From positions 6,665 to 70,664 of the forward strand of contig VEXB01000004.1 in assembly GCA_009391195.1 (NCBI GenBank): a DNA stretch of 64,000 nt, in the 5' to 3' direction. Source of the DNA: SAR202 cluster bacterium AC-647-P02_OGT_505m (lineage in GTDB: Bacteria; Chloroflexota; Dehalococcoidia; Lucifugimonadales; UBA826). The position numbers and the translations under genes were made by a program. Shown here piece after piece: positions 40,855 to 51,320 of this stretch. Position 1 is the stretch's first letter. Every line of letters starts with the position of its first letter. The notes beneath the pieces are model-generated. The model had not been told where the DNA came from and did not search any database. It was given only the letters and a program-made list of their open reading frames with translations.

Positions 40855-41658
40855 CTATATCTTAGCTGCTACCCCACCATCTATATTTATGATCTCAGAA
40901 GTTATGAAGCTTGAATCTTCACATGCTAAAAATAAAACTAGGTTTGCCACATCAGTTGGGTACCCCGGCCCAGGAATTATCTGGGCCATGTTGAACATGT
41001 CTTCGAAAACATGGTGCCCTCCGTCGGCATCGTCGATTGTTCCACGAGTGGCTCCTGGAGTCATTATCTGGCCAGGTCTTATGCAGTTCACTCTGATATT
41101 GTGTTTTCCTCCAACTCCGGCCATATATCTGGTGAGAGCATCGACTCCTGCTTTCGCAGCGTAATATGATGGGGCGGTGGCTCCAAATTCATCTAACATT
41201 TTGGGGCTAAAGCCGCGCTGAGCGGCTAATGAAGACATGTTTATAACAGTCCCTCCTCCTGATTTAATCAGGTGGGGCCATACTGCCCTAGAAACGTAGA
41301 ATGTGCCGTTCAGGTTGTCGTTAATTACACTGTTCCACTCCTCAGTGGTTGAGTTGGGGAAATCTCCACCTCCACCGTGACCAGCATTGTTGAAGAGAAC
41401 ATGTACTGAGCCGTATATTGCCGACGCCTTTTCGATCGCTTGATTTACAGAATCAGGTTCTCCAACATCGCATTGCACAAATGTGCATTCTCCGCCCTCA
41501 GCACGGACAGACTCTTGAACTTTTAGCCCTTCAACTTCTCTCCTAGCTAAGATCAATACTTTTGATCCCTCTTTGGCAAAAAGATGTGCTGTTGAAGCAC
41601 CTATTCCACTGTTGCCCCCCGTTATTATCGACACTTTGTTGGTTAGTTTCCCTGACAT
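40855..41658 (-). CDS. Short-chain dehydrogenase/reductase
   Basis: TGGNSGIG, NNAG, YYAAK, NIDGG; ATG at 41658 has an AGGAG RBS. Confidence 0.92.
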   Translation of the reverse strand: MSGKLTNKVSIITGGNSGIGASTAHLFAKEGSKVLILARREVEGLKVQESVRAEGGECTFVQCDVGEPDSVNQAIEKASAIYGSVHVLFNNAGHGGGGDFPNSTTEEWNSVINDNLNGTFYVSRAVWPHLIKSGGGTVINMSSLAAQRGFSPKMLDEFGATAPSYYAAKAGVDALTRYMAGVGGKHNIRVNCIRPGQIMTPGATRGTIDDADGGHHVFEDMFNMAQIIPGPGYPTDVANLVLFLACEDSSFITSEIINIDGGVAAKI

Positions 41659-41900
41659 AATGGCTCCTAATTTCTTTTCAGAAAATCGATTTTGTGGATT
41701 CAGCATACAACGAAACAGCTGGACTTTCACTTATGTGGATCTGGCAACTAATTCTATGAAAACAATTCTTGTTTGATACAGCGTTTTTGTGTAACCACCG
41801 TGAAGGAAATTTCTGGTCCAACTGATTTAAACAAATAGACTTGTGGAGAGATCGTATACTGAGGCTAAGGGATACGAAACAATCTGGAGGGACGAAATTT

Positions 41901-42626
41901 ATGAGTGATCTAGACCCGATATCTGAAGAAACTTTGCGCATACTCAAAAACATTCCTACGCAAACACTGATTGATGGACTGTGGGTAAAAGGCTGGCCTT
42001 CGACATATGTTGAAGGTGCCATACCCTTGAGATTAGGCCAATCTATGGCTGGAAGGGCTGTGACTTTGAGATTTGTGCCTCATAGGCCAGATTTGGCTGG
42101 AGATAAACCGAAGGGAGAAAATTCTGCTGAGTATGTGGCGATTGAGCTTTGTGGCCCTAACGAGGTTTTGGTGATCGACGCATTGGGATGGAAGTACAGC
42201 TCTATCGGTGGAGATATAAAGTTTATGCGCCTTATGCAGAGGAAAGTAGGGGGCCTTGTAACAGATGGAGGGGTACGCGATAGTGTTGTGTTAAAAGAAT
42301 ACGGATTTCCAGTGTTTTCAGCCAGCACAACTGCAAAGCAAGGGCCAGCGGATTTCTGGCCTTGGCAGGTTAATGACGCAATTCAATGCGGGGGAGTACT
42401 CGTACGACCGGGAGATGCGATCGTAGGAGATGACGATGGTGTCGTAGTTGTGCCCAAGTCCGAGATCGAAGATGTTATACGGATTGCTCACCAGAGAGAA
42501 GAAGTGGAAGAAGTAATCAAGCAACAATTAGAAATTGAGGAGTGTTCGCCAGGAAAATATTATCCATTCAATGATAAGACCTGGAAACTATATGAGGAGA
42601 AGACAGGAAAGAAACCTTTGGTATGA
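41901..42626 (+). CDS. RraA/HMG-aldolase family protein
   Basis: MAGRAVT, VTDGGVRD, GDAIVGDDDGVVVVP; GGAGG RBS. Confidence 0.88.
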   Translation: MSDLDPISEETLRILKNIPTQTLIDGLWVKGWPSTYVEGAIPLRLGQSMAGRAVTLRFVPHRPDLAGDKPKGENSAEYVAIELCGPNEVLVIDALGWKYSSIGGDIKFMRLMQRKVGGLVTDGGVRDSVVLKEYGFPVFSASTTAKQGPADFWPWQVNDAIQCGGVLVRPGDAIVGDDDGVVVVPKSEIEDVIRIAHQREEVEEVIKQQLEIEECSPGKYYPFNDKTWKLYEEKTGKKPLV

Positions 42627-42633
42627 AAATTTC

Positions 42634-42662
42634 TTGACACAATGTAGAGCATTTCCTAACCT
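42634..42662 (+). promoter_or_regulatory. Sigma70-type promoter of the ileS leader
   Basis: TTGACA-17 nt-TAACCT just upstream of the T-box leader. Confidence 0.7.
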
Positions 42663-42674
42663 TTAATGGAAAAT

Positions 42675-42916
42675 AAGCTGAGAAGGAGAAGAGTAGGCTT
42701 CAACCGTGGTTAAGCGAACCCTGTATGGTGTGAGAGGGTACCTTAGGAAAGCCGAATATCGCTCTGGAGCATCGGACTGAAAATATTTTGAGTAGGATTC
42801 GACGGTGTACCCGCCGTTATTGGGAGAACCTTTAAGAGCCTCTTTATTGAGAGGAACAAGGGTGGTACCGCGGACTGTAAAAAGGCCCGTCCCTTGCGTT
42901 AGGGACGGGCCTTTTT
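42675..42916 (+). promoter_or_regulatory. T-box riboswitch (Ile specifier) with intrinsic terminator
   Basis: AGTA/AG-box stem I, GAAT-ATC specifier (42758-60), T-box AGGGTGGTACCGCG (42859-72), terminator AAAAAGGCCCGTCCCT / AGGGACGGGCCTTTTT, upstream of ileS. Confidence 0.92.
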
Positions 42917-42948
42917 ACGTTTAATATTTGTCGAAGTGGGAGTTATTA

Positions 42949-45900
42949 ATGTTCAAATCGGTTGATGCCAAGGTGGACTTTCCGGAGATGGAGAGGGGAA
43001 TACTCCGGTGGTGGGAAGAAAATAATATTTCCGAAAAGTATATGGCGCGCAATGAAAAGTCTGATAAGCGTTACTCCTTTATAGATGGCCCGATAACTGC
43101 TAATAATCCGATGGGCGTTCACCATGCTTGGGGAAGAGGTTACAAAGACCTATTCACACGTTTCAGAACCATGCAGGGATATCAGCAGCGGTATCAGAAT
43201 GGTTTCGATGGACAAGGTCTGTGGATAGAGGTTGAGGTTGAGAAAGAGCTCGGATTCGGCTCAAAAACCGACATCGAAGAGTATGGAGTGGACAAATTTG
43301 TCACTCTTTGCAAAGAGAGAGTACAAAGATTTTCCGATGTGATTACAAGCCAGTCAATTCGTTTAGGTTATTGGATGGACTGGGACAATTCCTACCACAC
43401 TATGTCAGACGAAAACAATTACACAATCTGGCATTTTTTGAAGGTATGTAATGACAAAGGATTGATTTATGAAGGTACAGACGTTATGCCTTGGTGCCCA
43501 AGATGTAGCACTGGTCTGTCTGAGCATGAAATTGTCACGGAAGGTTACGTCGAGATAGTACATCCAGGTTTGTTTGTTAGGTTTCCCTTAGTTAATGATG
43601 GCCAGAGCAGTCATGCGCAAGAGTCCATTTTGATTTGGACTACTACACCTTGGACATTGAGTTCAAATGTAGCAGCTGCTGTGAATCCTGATATGGATTA
43701 TGTAAAAGTGTCCCAAAGGGATGAATTCATATTCGTTGCGAAAGGGCAAATATCGTCAATTAAAGGTGATTACAGCATCGTCGAGGAACTGAAGGGAACT
43801 TCACTTGTGGGGAGAACTTATTCTGGACCCTTTGATGAGCTACCAGCTCAGGAAGGGGTTGTTCACAGAATTGTTGCATGGGATGAGGTGTCGGAGGGAG
43901 AAGGCACAGGAATTGTGCATATCGCTCCAGGAGCTGGTAAGGAGGACTTTGCATTAGGGAAAGAAGAAAACCTTGTGCCTATTGCACCTCTTGACGACCT
44001 GGGGAATTTTGTCGACGGCTTTGACTGGTTAACCGGACTAAATGTCTATGATGTAAATGACCGAATTTATGAAAGCCTTAAGTCCAAGAATGTTTTTTAT
44101 AACCTTGAAAGGTATCCCCATCGCTATCCTCACTGCTGGCGCTGTAGCTCTGAGCTCGTGTTTCGGCTAGTTGATGAATGGTTTATAAGTATGGATCCTT
44201 TGAGAGAATCCCTGGCACGGGTTACCCAGAACATAAACTGGGTCCCTGAATTCGGTATGAAAAGAGAGTTAGACTGGCTAAGAAACATGGATGATTGGAT
44301 GATTTCCAAGAAGAGATACTATGGCTTGGCTCTTCCTATATACAAATGTGAATGTGGTCATTTCGAAGTCATGGGTAGTGAGGATGAACTTAAGGAACGA
44401 GCTATAGAAGGCTGGGATGACTTCGAAGGCAATTCTCCCCATCGACCTTGGATTGACTCTGTAAAAATATCGTGCGAGTCATGTGGAGCAAAGACCGAAA
44501 GGATTATCGATGTTGGTAACCCGTGGCTAGATGCGGGAATCGTATCTTTCTCTACCTTGCAATACAGACATGATAAAGACTATTGGAAAAAGTGGTTTCC
44601 TGCAGATTGGATCTCTGAGAGTTTTCCCGGGCAGTATCGTAACTGGTTCTATTCATTGCTAGTTATGAGTACCGTTTTAGCCGATTCAGAGCCATGTGAA
44701 AACATATTCAGCTACGCCCTCATGAGAGATGAAAGCGGCGAGGAGATGCACAAGAGCAAGGGAAATGCGATCTGGTTCGAAGATGCTGCTGAGAAGATGG
44801 GAGTTGACGCCATGCGATGGCAGTTTGCCCGGCAAAATCCAGCTTCAAATCTTAATTTTGGATTCGATACAACGGACGAAATCCGAAGACAATTTCTTAT
44901 CCCTTTATGGAATGTATATTCCTTTTTCACTACCTACGCAAATATTGATCAATTTGACCCATCCATAGAATTTCCAGATGCTAAGGAAAGAACAGAACTT
45001 GATAGATGGATTTTGAGTGAAGTCAACTCTTTGATCGCTACCGTGACCGAGGGTTTGGAATCATTTCAACCAGAAAGGATTACTAGAGAAGTTGAGTTGT
45101 TTTCTGAGTATTTGTCCAACTGGTATGTGCGACGGAGTAGAAGAAGATTCTGGAAAGAAGGTTTACTCAATAACAGCGCAGTAGGCTCGGACCAGGATAA
45201 ATTATCGGCATACGCGACTCTCTACGAAGTTCTTCTAACCCTTACTAAATTATTAGCGCCTGTAATGCCTTTTGTTACGGAATCTATTTATCAGAATTTG
45301 ACGGGCGGGCAGGCTTGGTCAAAGGAAAGCGTACATTTAGAGGATTATCCAATTTCGGATGAATCACTTGTAGATTCAGATCTGTCGGACAGGACCCGAC
45401 TAGCTATGAGACTATCCAGTATGGGTAGATCTGCTCGCAGCAAAGCAGGAATAAAGGTTAGGCAACCGCTTGAGAGTCTCTTTGTTCACACTCGTACCCC
45501 ATCTGAATCGCAGATGTTGACGATGGTTGAGGACCAAATACTTGATGAACTGAATGTTAAAAAAATAGTTTCAGTCGCTGATGCCTCAGATATTGTAAGT
45601 TTTCGGATTCAACCAAACTTGCCAGTATTGGGTCCAAAATACGGGAGAAAAATTGGCGAGATTCGCACTCTGCTTGAAGAGGCTGATCCTGAGATTATAA
45701 GAAAATCAGTTGAATCAGGCACACCTGTTCGTATAGGTGAATTTTCTTTAGATCCTTCAGACATTCTTATCACAGCCACTGAGCTTGATGGCGTATCTTC
45801 TACCACCGATAGCGGCTATGCAGTGGGGATATCATCGGAGGTGTCGGAAGAGCTAGAGAAAGAAGGTCTAGCTAGAGAATTTGTACACATGATACAAAAT

Positions 45901-46116
45901 ATGAGGAAGTCTGCTGGCTTTGAGATATCGGATCGCATACTACTAAACGTTTCAGGGTCAGATCATGTCTTAACTGTACTCAAGGAATACTCTGAATATG
46001 TTTCCCAGGAAACTCTAGCTGATAATCTTGACCAAGATTTAATTGAGACCGAATCATTTAATGAAGATCACGATATTGGTGGAGAGCATGTGACAATCTC
46101 AATTAAGAGGAGTTGA
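42949..46116 (+). CDS. ileS: Isoleucine--tRNA ligase, type 2
   Basis: DGP..AN, WTTTPWTL, GTGIVH.APG, LSNWYVRRSRRRF, C-terminal EGLARE..IQ.MRK extension; Ile T-box upstream. Confidence 0.96.
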   Translation: MFKSVDAKVDFPEMERGILRWWEENNISEKYMARNEKSDKRYSFIDGPITANNPMGVHHAWGRGYKDLFTRFRTMQGYQQRYQNGFDGQGLWIEVEVEKELGFGSKTDIEEYGVDKFVTLCKERVQRFSDVITSQSIRLGYWMDWDNSYHTMSDENNYTIWHFLKVCNDKGLIYEGTDVMPWCPRCSTGLSEHEIVTEGYVEIVHPGLFVRFPLVNDGQSSHAQESILIWTTTPWTLSSNVAAAVNPDMDYVKVSQRDEFIFVAKGQISSIKGDYSIVEELKGTSLVGRTYSGPFDELPAQEGVVHRIVAWDEVSEGEGTGIVHIAPGAGKEDFALGKEENLVPIAPLDDLGNFVDGFDWLTGLNVYDVNDRIYESLKSKNVFYNLERYPHRYPHCWRCSSELVFRLVDEWFISMDPLRESLARVTQNINWVPEFGMKRELDWLRNMDDWMISKKRYYGLALPIYKCECGHFEVMGSEDELKERAIEGWDDFEGNSPHRPWIDSVKISCESCGAKTERIIDVGNPWLDAGIVSFSTLQYRHDKDYWKKWFPADWISESFPGQYRNWFYSLLVMSTVLADSEPCENIFSYALMRDESGEEMHKSKGNAIWFEDAAEKMGVDAMRWQFARQNPASNLNFGFDTTDEIRRQFLIPLWNVYSFFTTYANIDQFDPSIEFPDAKERTELDRWILSEVNSLIATVTEGLESFQPERITREVELFSEYLSNWYVRRSRRRFWKEGLLNNSAVGSDQDKLSAYATLYEVLLTLTKLLAPVMPFVTESIYQNLTGGQAWSKESVHLEDYPISDESLVDSDLSDRTRLAMRLSSMGRSARSKAGIKVRQPLESLFVHTRTPSESQMLTMVEDQILDELNVKKIVSVADASDIVSFRIQPNLPVLGPKYGRKIGEIRTLLEEADPEIIRKSVESGTPVRIGEFSLDPSDILITATELDGVSSTTDSGYAVGISSEVSEELEKEGLAREFVHMIQNMRKSAGFEISDRILLNVSGSDHVLTVLKEYSEYVSQETLADNLDQDLIETESFNEDHDIGGEHVTISIKRS

Positions 46117-46143
46117 GCATTACTATTGGGATGACAAATTAGA

Positions 46144-47739
46144 TCATCCTTCGTAGGTGACTTTTCCTCCTACTACTGTTCTGATGATGGGAATGTCCTT
46201 GATCTCTAACTCATCGGTTTGCGTGGGGTCTTTTGCCAACACGACGAAATCGGCTAGCTTACCTGGTTCAATCGAGCCTTTATCATTCTCTTCAAAAGAG
46301 GCGTAGGCTCCGTTTAAGGTATAGATTTTGAGTGCATCGGAGACGGAAATTTTCTGACTTCCCCCCCATACTTGTCCGTTTATGTCTGTTCGAGTAACAC
46401 AACTTTGTATTCCCAATAACGGCTCGAATGGACCAGGTGGGTAATCTGTAGCCCCAGTGCTAATCACCCCATAATCCATAAATGATTTTTGAGCGAACAT
46501 CCATTCCAACCTGTCATTTCCGTAATACTTCATTTTTTCACCATGGTAATAAACGTAGGTGCAAAATGGGGTGGCTAATGTGCCGGTTTTACGCATACGT
46601 TGGAGAAGTTGAGGATTAACAAGGGTGCAGTGTTCGATACGATGCCTCGGATTATTTCTTGGGTGTCTTTTAAGGGCTTTTTCATAGGCTGAGAGAACCA
46701 TATCTATCGCCGTATCACCATTGGCATGTATGCAGACCTGAAATCCGGACTTATGTATTTCTGCAACCGCTTCTTCCATCTCTTCCTTATCCATTGCCTG
46801 TATCCCAGAATGATTATCTTCAGAGTTGCAATATGAACCAGATATATGCGCTGTGCGGGCCGCGATCGCTCCGTCGGCCACCATTTTTATTCCACCTATT
46901 TTCAAACGATTGTTGCCAAATCCACTTCTTATGCCAGAGCTCTTTAGATTATGGAAGTGTTCCCGTTTCATCAACGTATACACTCTTAGAGTCAACTCGT
47001 CCCTGTCTAGGCTCTCCTGATAGACGGATAATTCATCCGCTGACACTGCGGCATCGTGAACACTGGTTAAACCTGACTCAGACAGCATTTGTCCTATAAG
47101 CTTTAGTCCAGAACGACGGTCGTTTGTCGTTACAGTGGGAAGTATTTTCATAACAGGCTCGACAGCTCTTTCATATATGACACCATTTAAACGCCCAGAA
47201 GCAGAATCCCGACCCAATCTTCCCCCAGGAGGGTCAACAGACTCCTCGGTATAGCCTGTTAGTTCTAGAGCTTTGCTATTAAGAAAATATACGTGTCCTG
47301 CCCGGTGTGTTACGAAAACAGGAAGTTCTTTCGATACGAGATCTAAATCTTTTCTGGTCAAAAATCTATTTTCGACGGTCTTTGTATCGTCAAATTTAAA
47401 TCCTTGAATCCATCCATACGATTTTGTTTCTTCGACCCTTGCTCTCAATATTTTTACAATGTCTTTAATAGATCTCTGGTCGCAGTCAGCTGCCATCACA
47501 TGCATCGTTCCGCTGCTTAAAACGTGTATGTGTGCATCGATAAACCCTGGGATGACTGTCATACCTTCAAGATCGATAATTTTTGTGGTGCTGGTTGACA
47601 GCATTTCCATATCACTATCTGTACCTATGGAAATAAAACGCCCATTCTTGACCGCGAAACTTTCCGCTATGGGATTTTGCTTATCAACTGTGATGATGTT
47701 CGCATTTTTTACGATGAGATCGGCTACGTGGTCACTCAT
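46144..47739 (-). CDS. Amidohydrolase family 3 (YtcJ-like)
   Basis: PGFIDAHIH, KMVADG, HANGD, HRIEHC, GSIEPGKLADF. Confidence 0.92.
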   Translation of the reverse strand: MSDHVADLIVKNANIITVDKQNPIAESFAVKNGRFISIGTDSDMEMLSTSTTKIIDLEGMTVIPGFIDAHIHVLSSGTMHVMAADCDQRSIKDIVKILRARVEETKSYGWIQGFKFDDTKTVENRFLTRKDLDLVSKELPVFVTHRAGHVYFLNSKALELTGYTEESVDPPGGRLGRDSASGRLNGVIYERAVEPVMKILPTVTTNDRRSGLKLIGQMLSESGLTSVHDAAVSADELSVYQESLDRDELTLRVYTLMKREHFHNLKSSGIRSGFGNNRLKIGGIKMVADGAIAARTAHISGSYCNSEDNHSGIQAMDKEEMEEAVAEIHKSGFQVCIHANGDTAIDMVLSAYEKALKRHPRNNPRHRIEHCTLVNPQLLQRMRKTGTLATPFCTYVYYHGEKMKYYGNDRLEWMFAQKSFMDYGVISTGATDYPPGPFEPLLGIQSCVTRTDINGQVWGGSQKISVSDALKIYTLNGAYASFEENDKGSIEPGKLADFVVLAKDPTQTDELEIKDIPIIRTVVGGKVTYEG

Positions 47740-47799
47740 TAAGTTCCCATTTGAAGTGTCTGCTTAAACTAGGGATTTTTATTGCCATAAAATCTGATT

Positions 47800-49269
47800 C
47801 TAATTGCGCAATTGAGGAAAAAGTATTACTTCTCTGATTGACACATTGTCTGTGAGTATCATTGCCAGTCTATCGATTCCAATACCCAATCCACCGGTGG
47901 GTGGCATGCCATGCTCGATGGCTATAAGAAAATCTTCATCCAGTCGATCCATATCTTCCCCTTGGAACTCCTGGTGGAGACGTTCCTGTTCCTCAAATCT
48001 TTGACGTTGATCAATAGGATCATTCAACTCAGAAAAGGCATTACATATTTCCATTCCGTGAACGAATCCCTCAAATCTTTCTACTATTCTGGGATCCTTG
48101 GACGATTTCTTTGCTAGAGGCGACATTGCCAATGGGTAGTCGACCAAAAAGCATGGCTCTCTCAATGATGGCTCTACTTTTTCTGATATGAGTTTGTCTA
48201 ATAGGCCTCCCCAGCTGACTTGCTGGTCTATATCAATTCCAATATCTTTCATTGCAGCGCCTAGAGAGTTCACCGTTTCACATTCGAAAAAATCTATACC
48301 GCTTGTTGTTAATATTTTTTGATGAAGGTTGATTCTCGGCCAAGGAGGGGTGAAGTCCAGTTCTTCGTCTCCAAACTTAACTTTTGCTGAACCGGTTATC
48401 TCTTTAGCACAGTGTGAAACCATATTTTCCACCATTGCCATAACATCGTTGTAGTCAGCAAAAGCCTCGTAACTCTCCATCGTGGTGAATTCTGGGTTAT
48501 GTTGTTGATCTATTCCTTCGTTCCTAAATACACGCCCTATTTCATATACTTTTTCAAATCCACCTACTATAAGTCTTTTCAGATGTAGTTCAGTAGCAAT
48601 TCTCAGGTATAAATCCCTGTTCAGGGATTTATGATGGGTGGAAAATGGTGTTGCCATTCCTCCTGCGGCTATGGGAACAAGCATAGGAGTTTCTACTTCG
48701 ATAAATCCCATATCATCCATAAAACGCCTTATGGATGATACCAACTTGCTTCTGGATTTGGCAGACTTCATAGCTGTTTCGCTTGCGATTAAATCCAGAT
48801 ATCTTTGCCTGTATCTTGTTTCAGTATCTGTAAGTCCATGCCACTTTTCAGGGAGGGGGCGTAAGGCTTTACAAATGATATGCAATTTCGATGCTTGTGC
48901 AGATATTTGGTCCGTTCGCGTTCGAAACATTGTTCCATTGACACCGATCCAGTCCCCGATATCCAGCTGTTCCAAGATTTCGTATTCTTCTCCCATCTGG
49001 TTCTGACGGAGGAGGATTTGAATGGTTCCATCACCATCTGAAATATCGAGAAAGGTAGCTTTTCCCATACCTCGTCTTGCGATAACACGCCCAGCCAATG
49101 AGACTTTGATTTCTTCAGGTGCTTCGGCCGAATTTTCGAATTCAGATATAGCTTCGGCGCTCGTATGGGTTCTATGGAATCTGGCTGGATATGGATCTAT
49201 CCCCATATCGCGGAGTTTTTTTACCTTTTCAAGGCGCACCCTGAAAAATTCGCTTTCAGATTGGCTCAA
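47800..49269 (-). CDS. lysS: Lysine--tRNA ligase (class II)
   Basis: RYRQRYLDL, FRNEG, HNPEFT, GMPPTGGLGIGIDRL. Confidence 0.97.
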   Translation of the reverse strand: MSQSESEFFRVRLEKVKKLRDMGIDPYPARFHRTHTSAEAISEFENSAEAPEEIKVSLAGRVIARRGMGKATFLDISDGDGTIQILLRQNQMGEEYEILEQLDIGDWIGVNGTMFRTRTDQISAQASKLHIICKALRPLPEKWHGLTDTETRYRQRYLDLIASETAMKSAKSRSKLVSSIRRFMDDMGFIEVETPMLVPIAAGGMATPFSTHHKSLNRDLYLRIATELHLKRLIVGGFEKVYEIGRVFRNEGIDQQHNPEFTTMESYEAFADYNDVMAMVENMVSHCAKEITGSAKVKFGDEELDFTPPWPRINLHQKILTTSGIDFFECETVNSLGAAMKDIGIDIDQQVSWGGLLDKLISEKVEPSLREPCFLVDYPLAMSPLAKKSSKDPRIVERFEGFVHGMEICNAFSELNDPIDQRQRFEEQERLHQEFQGEDMDRLDEDFLIAIEHGMPPTGGLGIGIDRLAMILTDNVSIREVILFPQLRN

Positions 49270-49590
49270 CTTATCCCCCGTGTCTGTACAGGCCTATTGG
49301 TATAAGAACCTGATATTGAGAATGGAACCCCTTGGTAGGGTCGGAATATAGACTTCATTTTTATCCTAACGATTGCCCAAGGTAGCATGTGAAATATCTT
49401 ATATTCGACTTGGAACCTTGTAAAACGGGATTAATGCACATCGATCACTTCTGTTCAATTCACGGTGATGATTCTGGTATTACGTTTGGACTACTTTAAT
49501 ATTGCTCCGAAAAGTGACCAAAATCTTCTTTGACTGGCTTGATCTTGTTGTTAGTATCGCTATGAAGGATTGCTTAATCCTATCTGATGG

Positions 49591-50169
49591 GTGGTTGATT
49601 ATTCAGTTTTGGCTATTCGAGTTACGGGTGGAATTCATAGGGGTAGACAAATTGGGTCGCCGAAAGGTGGACCGGGAATTAGACCAACTACTGACAGGGT
49701 AAAGCTAGCTATATTCTCCATATTGGGGACTGAAGCTGTCCAAGGAAAAAAAGTGCTGGATCTATTTGCCTGTACAGGGGCTCTGGGCATAGAAGCGATA
49801 AGCAGGGGAGCGCAAAGTGCGTATTTTGTCGAAAGGGCGCAAAGGAACTGCATTTTGATTAAAAATAACCTTCAGAAATTAGGTATCAGTGACATTGGAA
49901 GAGTGGAAAAATCTGATTGCCTAAAGTTTCTTGAGAGAGGGAAAGGAAATTTTGAGTTAGTTTTTCTGGATCCGCCCTTTGATGAAACTAATTGGGATAA
50001 GTTATTGAATTCCGTTGGACGTGAAAGATTCATTGCTCAGGGTGGTGTTGTGGTCGCAGAACATAAGGCGTCCACTGCTTTAGGCCAGTCATATGGTGCA
50101 ATTAATAGGTTTTCGGAGAGACGATACGGAGATTCAAAGGTTTCTTTTTACGAGGTTGCAAGTGTCTAA
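49591..50169 (+). CDS. rsmD: 16S rRNA (guanine966-N2)-methyltransferase (start uncertain)
   Basis: RPTTDRVK, LDLFACTGALGIEA.SRGA, DPPF, YGDS. Confidence 0.92.
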   Translation: MVDYSVLAIRVTGGIHRGRQIGSPKGGPGIRPTTDRVKLAIFSILGTEAVQGKKVLDLFACTGALGIEAISRGAQSAYFVERAQRNCILIKNNLQKLGISDIGRVEKSDCLKFLERGKGNFELVFLDPPFDETNWDKLLNSVGRERFIAQGGVVVAEHKASTALGQSYGAINRFSERRYGDSKVSFYEVASV

Positions 50170-50638
50170 AGCTTTCTATCCAGGTAGTTTCGATCCAGCT
50201 CATAATGGTCACATAGACGTTGCTACGAGGGCTTCAAAACTTTTTGACGAAGTTATTGTAGGCGTATATGACGCTCCACCTAAAACATTGATGTTTGATA
50301 CCGATGAAAGAGTTGAATTATTTGAAGAGGCTTTAGATGGGATTGGTAATGTGGTGGTGACTCCATTTACTGGATTGGCCCCGGCCGTGGCCAAAGAGGT
50401 GGGAGCGGACGTAATTCTCAGAGGCTTGAGAGCAGCCTACGATTTCGAGCAAGAATTTGAAATGTCGCTTATGTGGAGAAATCTTTCTCCGGATGTAGAC
50501 GTCATTTGCATGATGAGCGCCTTGGAACACCAATTCATCTACTCAAGCAGGATCAAAGAAGTAGCACGATTAGGTGGGCGAATAGATAACCTTGTACCAA
50601 AGCATATAAACGCTGCGATTTTAGAGCGGCTCGATTAG
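50162..50638 (+). CDS. coaD: Phosphopantetheine adenylyltransferase
   Basis: YPGSFDP.HNGH, RGLR, SSRIKE; GTG start overlaps the rsmD stop. Confidence 0.95.
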   Translation: MSKAFYPGSFDPAHNGHIDVATRASKLFDEVIVGVYDAPPKTLMFDTDERVELFEEALDGIGNVVVTPFTGLAPAVAKEVGADVILRGLRAAYDFEQEFEMSLMWRNLSPDVDVICMMSALEHQFIYSSRIKEVARLGGRIDNLVPKHINAAILERLD

Positions 50639-50674
50639 ACATATTTGATGCATAGCCATGGGAGGGCAGTTTCG

Positions 50675-51256
50675 ATGGACACAAAACAGATTTTGAGCGA
50701 ATTAGAGTCCCTGAGAAATTCAGGAACCAAAGTTCCAGGATTTAGGGGCAAGGTTATGATCGAGTCAGATAAGCTCGCTCAACTCGCTTTAGCGATTGAG
50801 TCTGGTATGCCTGCTGACATAGAGGAAGCTCAGGCGATTATTATGCAGAGAGACAGCATAATAAGCCAGGCTAATCTTGAGGCAAAAAGAGTGAAGGAAG
50901 AAGCGGAAAATGCTGCTGACACTCTTAGAAGCACTGCCACGGAAACGCATGACCTTAAGGTTGCTGATTCCGAAATAATGAAAGAAGCTAGCAGTAGAGG
51001 AGATGTAATCACTAACAGCGCTGCCACTGAAGCTCAGAGCATAATCCAAGACTCTCAGCGGAAGGCGTATGCGATCATAAATGAAGCTGAGAATTCAGCA
51101 TCTTTTCAGAGAGAAGGAGCCGATAGGTATTCACGTGAAGTCCTCTCAGGACTTGAAGAAAAGCTAGCAGATGTTCTTGGCCAGGTGAGAAGAGGGATTG
51201 ATACCCTTCAGTCAGATAAAGCTACATCTTCAAACGGAAGTAAGGTATCAGTTTAA
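50675..51256 (+). CDS. DivIVA/SepIVA-like coiled-coil protein
   Basis: L.ELE......VP....., P..I.EA..I...RD, long coiled coil, C-terminal AD.Y....L..LE..L......V.RG; follows rsmD-coaD. Confidence 0.7.
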   Translation: MDTKQILSELESLRNSGTKVPGFRGKVMIESDKLAQLALAIESGMPADIEEAQAIIMQRDSIISQANLEAKRVKEEAENAADTLRSTATETHDLKVADSEIMKEASSRGDVITNSAATEAQSIIQDSQRKAYAIINEAENSASFQREGADRYSREVLSGLEEKLADVLGQVRRGIDTLQSDKATSSNGSKVSV

Positions 51257-51267
51257 GGCTTAGCATA

Positions 51268-51300
51268 AGAGGATTCCGGTCTGTTCGATTGGAATCCTCT
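51268..51300. terminator. Hairpin between convergent genes
   Basis: AGAGGATTCC / GGAATCCTCT inverted repeat. Confidence 0.6.
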
Positions 51301-51320
51301 AGGTTTTGGTATCTGGTAGA

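Noticed and set aside
49270-49590. Riboswitch or T-box in the lysS-rsmD intergenic region
   Set aside because: Only weak imperfect inverted repeats; no T-box or lysine riboswitch consensus found.
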